Positions 63,881 to 64,000 of a stretch of DNA of 64,000 nucleotides are shown piece after piece. The DNA comes from Bacteroidota bacterium. Lineage in GTDB: Bacteria > Bacteroidota > Ignavibacteria > UBA10030 > SZUA-254. The stretch's first letter is position 1; every line of letters starts with the position of its first letter. The notes under the pieces were generated by a model, which ran no database searches, was not told the origin of the DNA, and saw nothing but the letters and a program-made list of their open reading frames with translations. The position numbers were made by a program, and so were the translations under genes. The DNA lies in NCBI GenBank assembly GCA_049515655.1, contig JBEKTW010000012.1:8904-72903 (forward strand), in the 5' to 3' direction.

Positions 63881-64000
63881 CTCTTTGCCAAGGTTGTGAA
63901 CGCCCCGATCGAAAAAGCCATAAGACTACCGCGACCTCTAGTTGAACGACAAAACCCGCCGTGCCATATACTTCAGCACAAGCGGGTTCTTTTTCGAACT

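Overview
This is a 64-kb chromosomal window from a high-GC (about 58-60% by eye) bacterium. Four proteins carry a type IX secretion (T9SS/Por) C-terminal sorting domain ending in ...GVYFYRL...KKMLLLK, and translation-initiation regions are A-rich with no Shine-Dalgarno, so an FCB-group organism (Bacteroidota / Ignavibacteriota-like) is likely. Contents left to right: (1) BNR/Asp-box beta-propeller T9SS cargo proteins and two tandem paralogous 'Reg_prop' propeller lipoproteins. (2) A 1210-aa TPR protein, a translationally coupled hypothetical, and Obg GTPase. (3) A sharply AT-rich (about 40% GC) horizontally acquired island carrying a TetR regulator plus an RND efflux pump (HlyD-like membrane-fusion protein, AcrB-like pump, TolC-like channel) behind a canonical sigma70-type promoter, then a DUF3108-like protein, a CDP-alcohol phosphatidyltransferase and a 3' remnant of fabH. 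(4) An approximately 8-kb housekeeping/envelope block (VWA protein, NusB, MFS transporter, DsbD-alpha-like, LpxH, PBP1A) bracketed by inverted copies of an A-tract repeat family. (5) A PIG-L/LmbE deacetylase fusion and an APC permease. (6) The most interesting part: an approximately 21-kb all-minus-strand operon (35.2-56.5 kb) resembling the anaerobic purine/urate utilisation cluster. It encodes a molybdenum hydroxylase (Mo, FAD and 2Fe-2S subunits), a YgfK-like Fe-S flavoprotein, two SsnA amidohydrolases, a YgeY-like M20 peptidase, two transcarbamylases plus carbamate kinase, two PLP fold-II enzymes and a CDA-fold deaminase. Embedded in it is an orphan PduS-like (RnfC-type) Fe-S flavoprotein next to a PduT-like tandem-BMC shell protein. 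The operon is also colonised by AT-rich cassettes: two intact and one decayed 'four-helix-bundle / 23S-rRNA-IVS protein' genes, each flanked by inverted low-complexity repeat arrays in an IVS-like layout, and an AhpD-like gene. (7) A tRNA-Leu(CAG) 5'-half fragment followed by a 1.6-kb AT-rich islet with a HEPN-like protein and an immunity-like lipoprotein, then more T9SS cargo proteins. The ORF track often uses GTG/TTG starts or over-extends N-termini into repeats; I give my best ATG-based starts where they differ.
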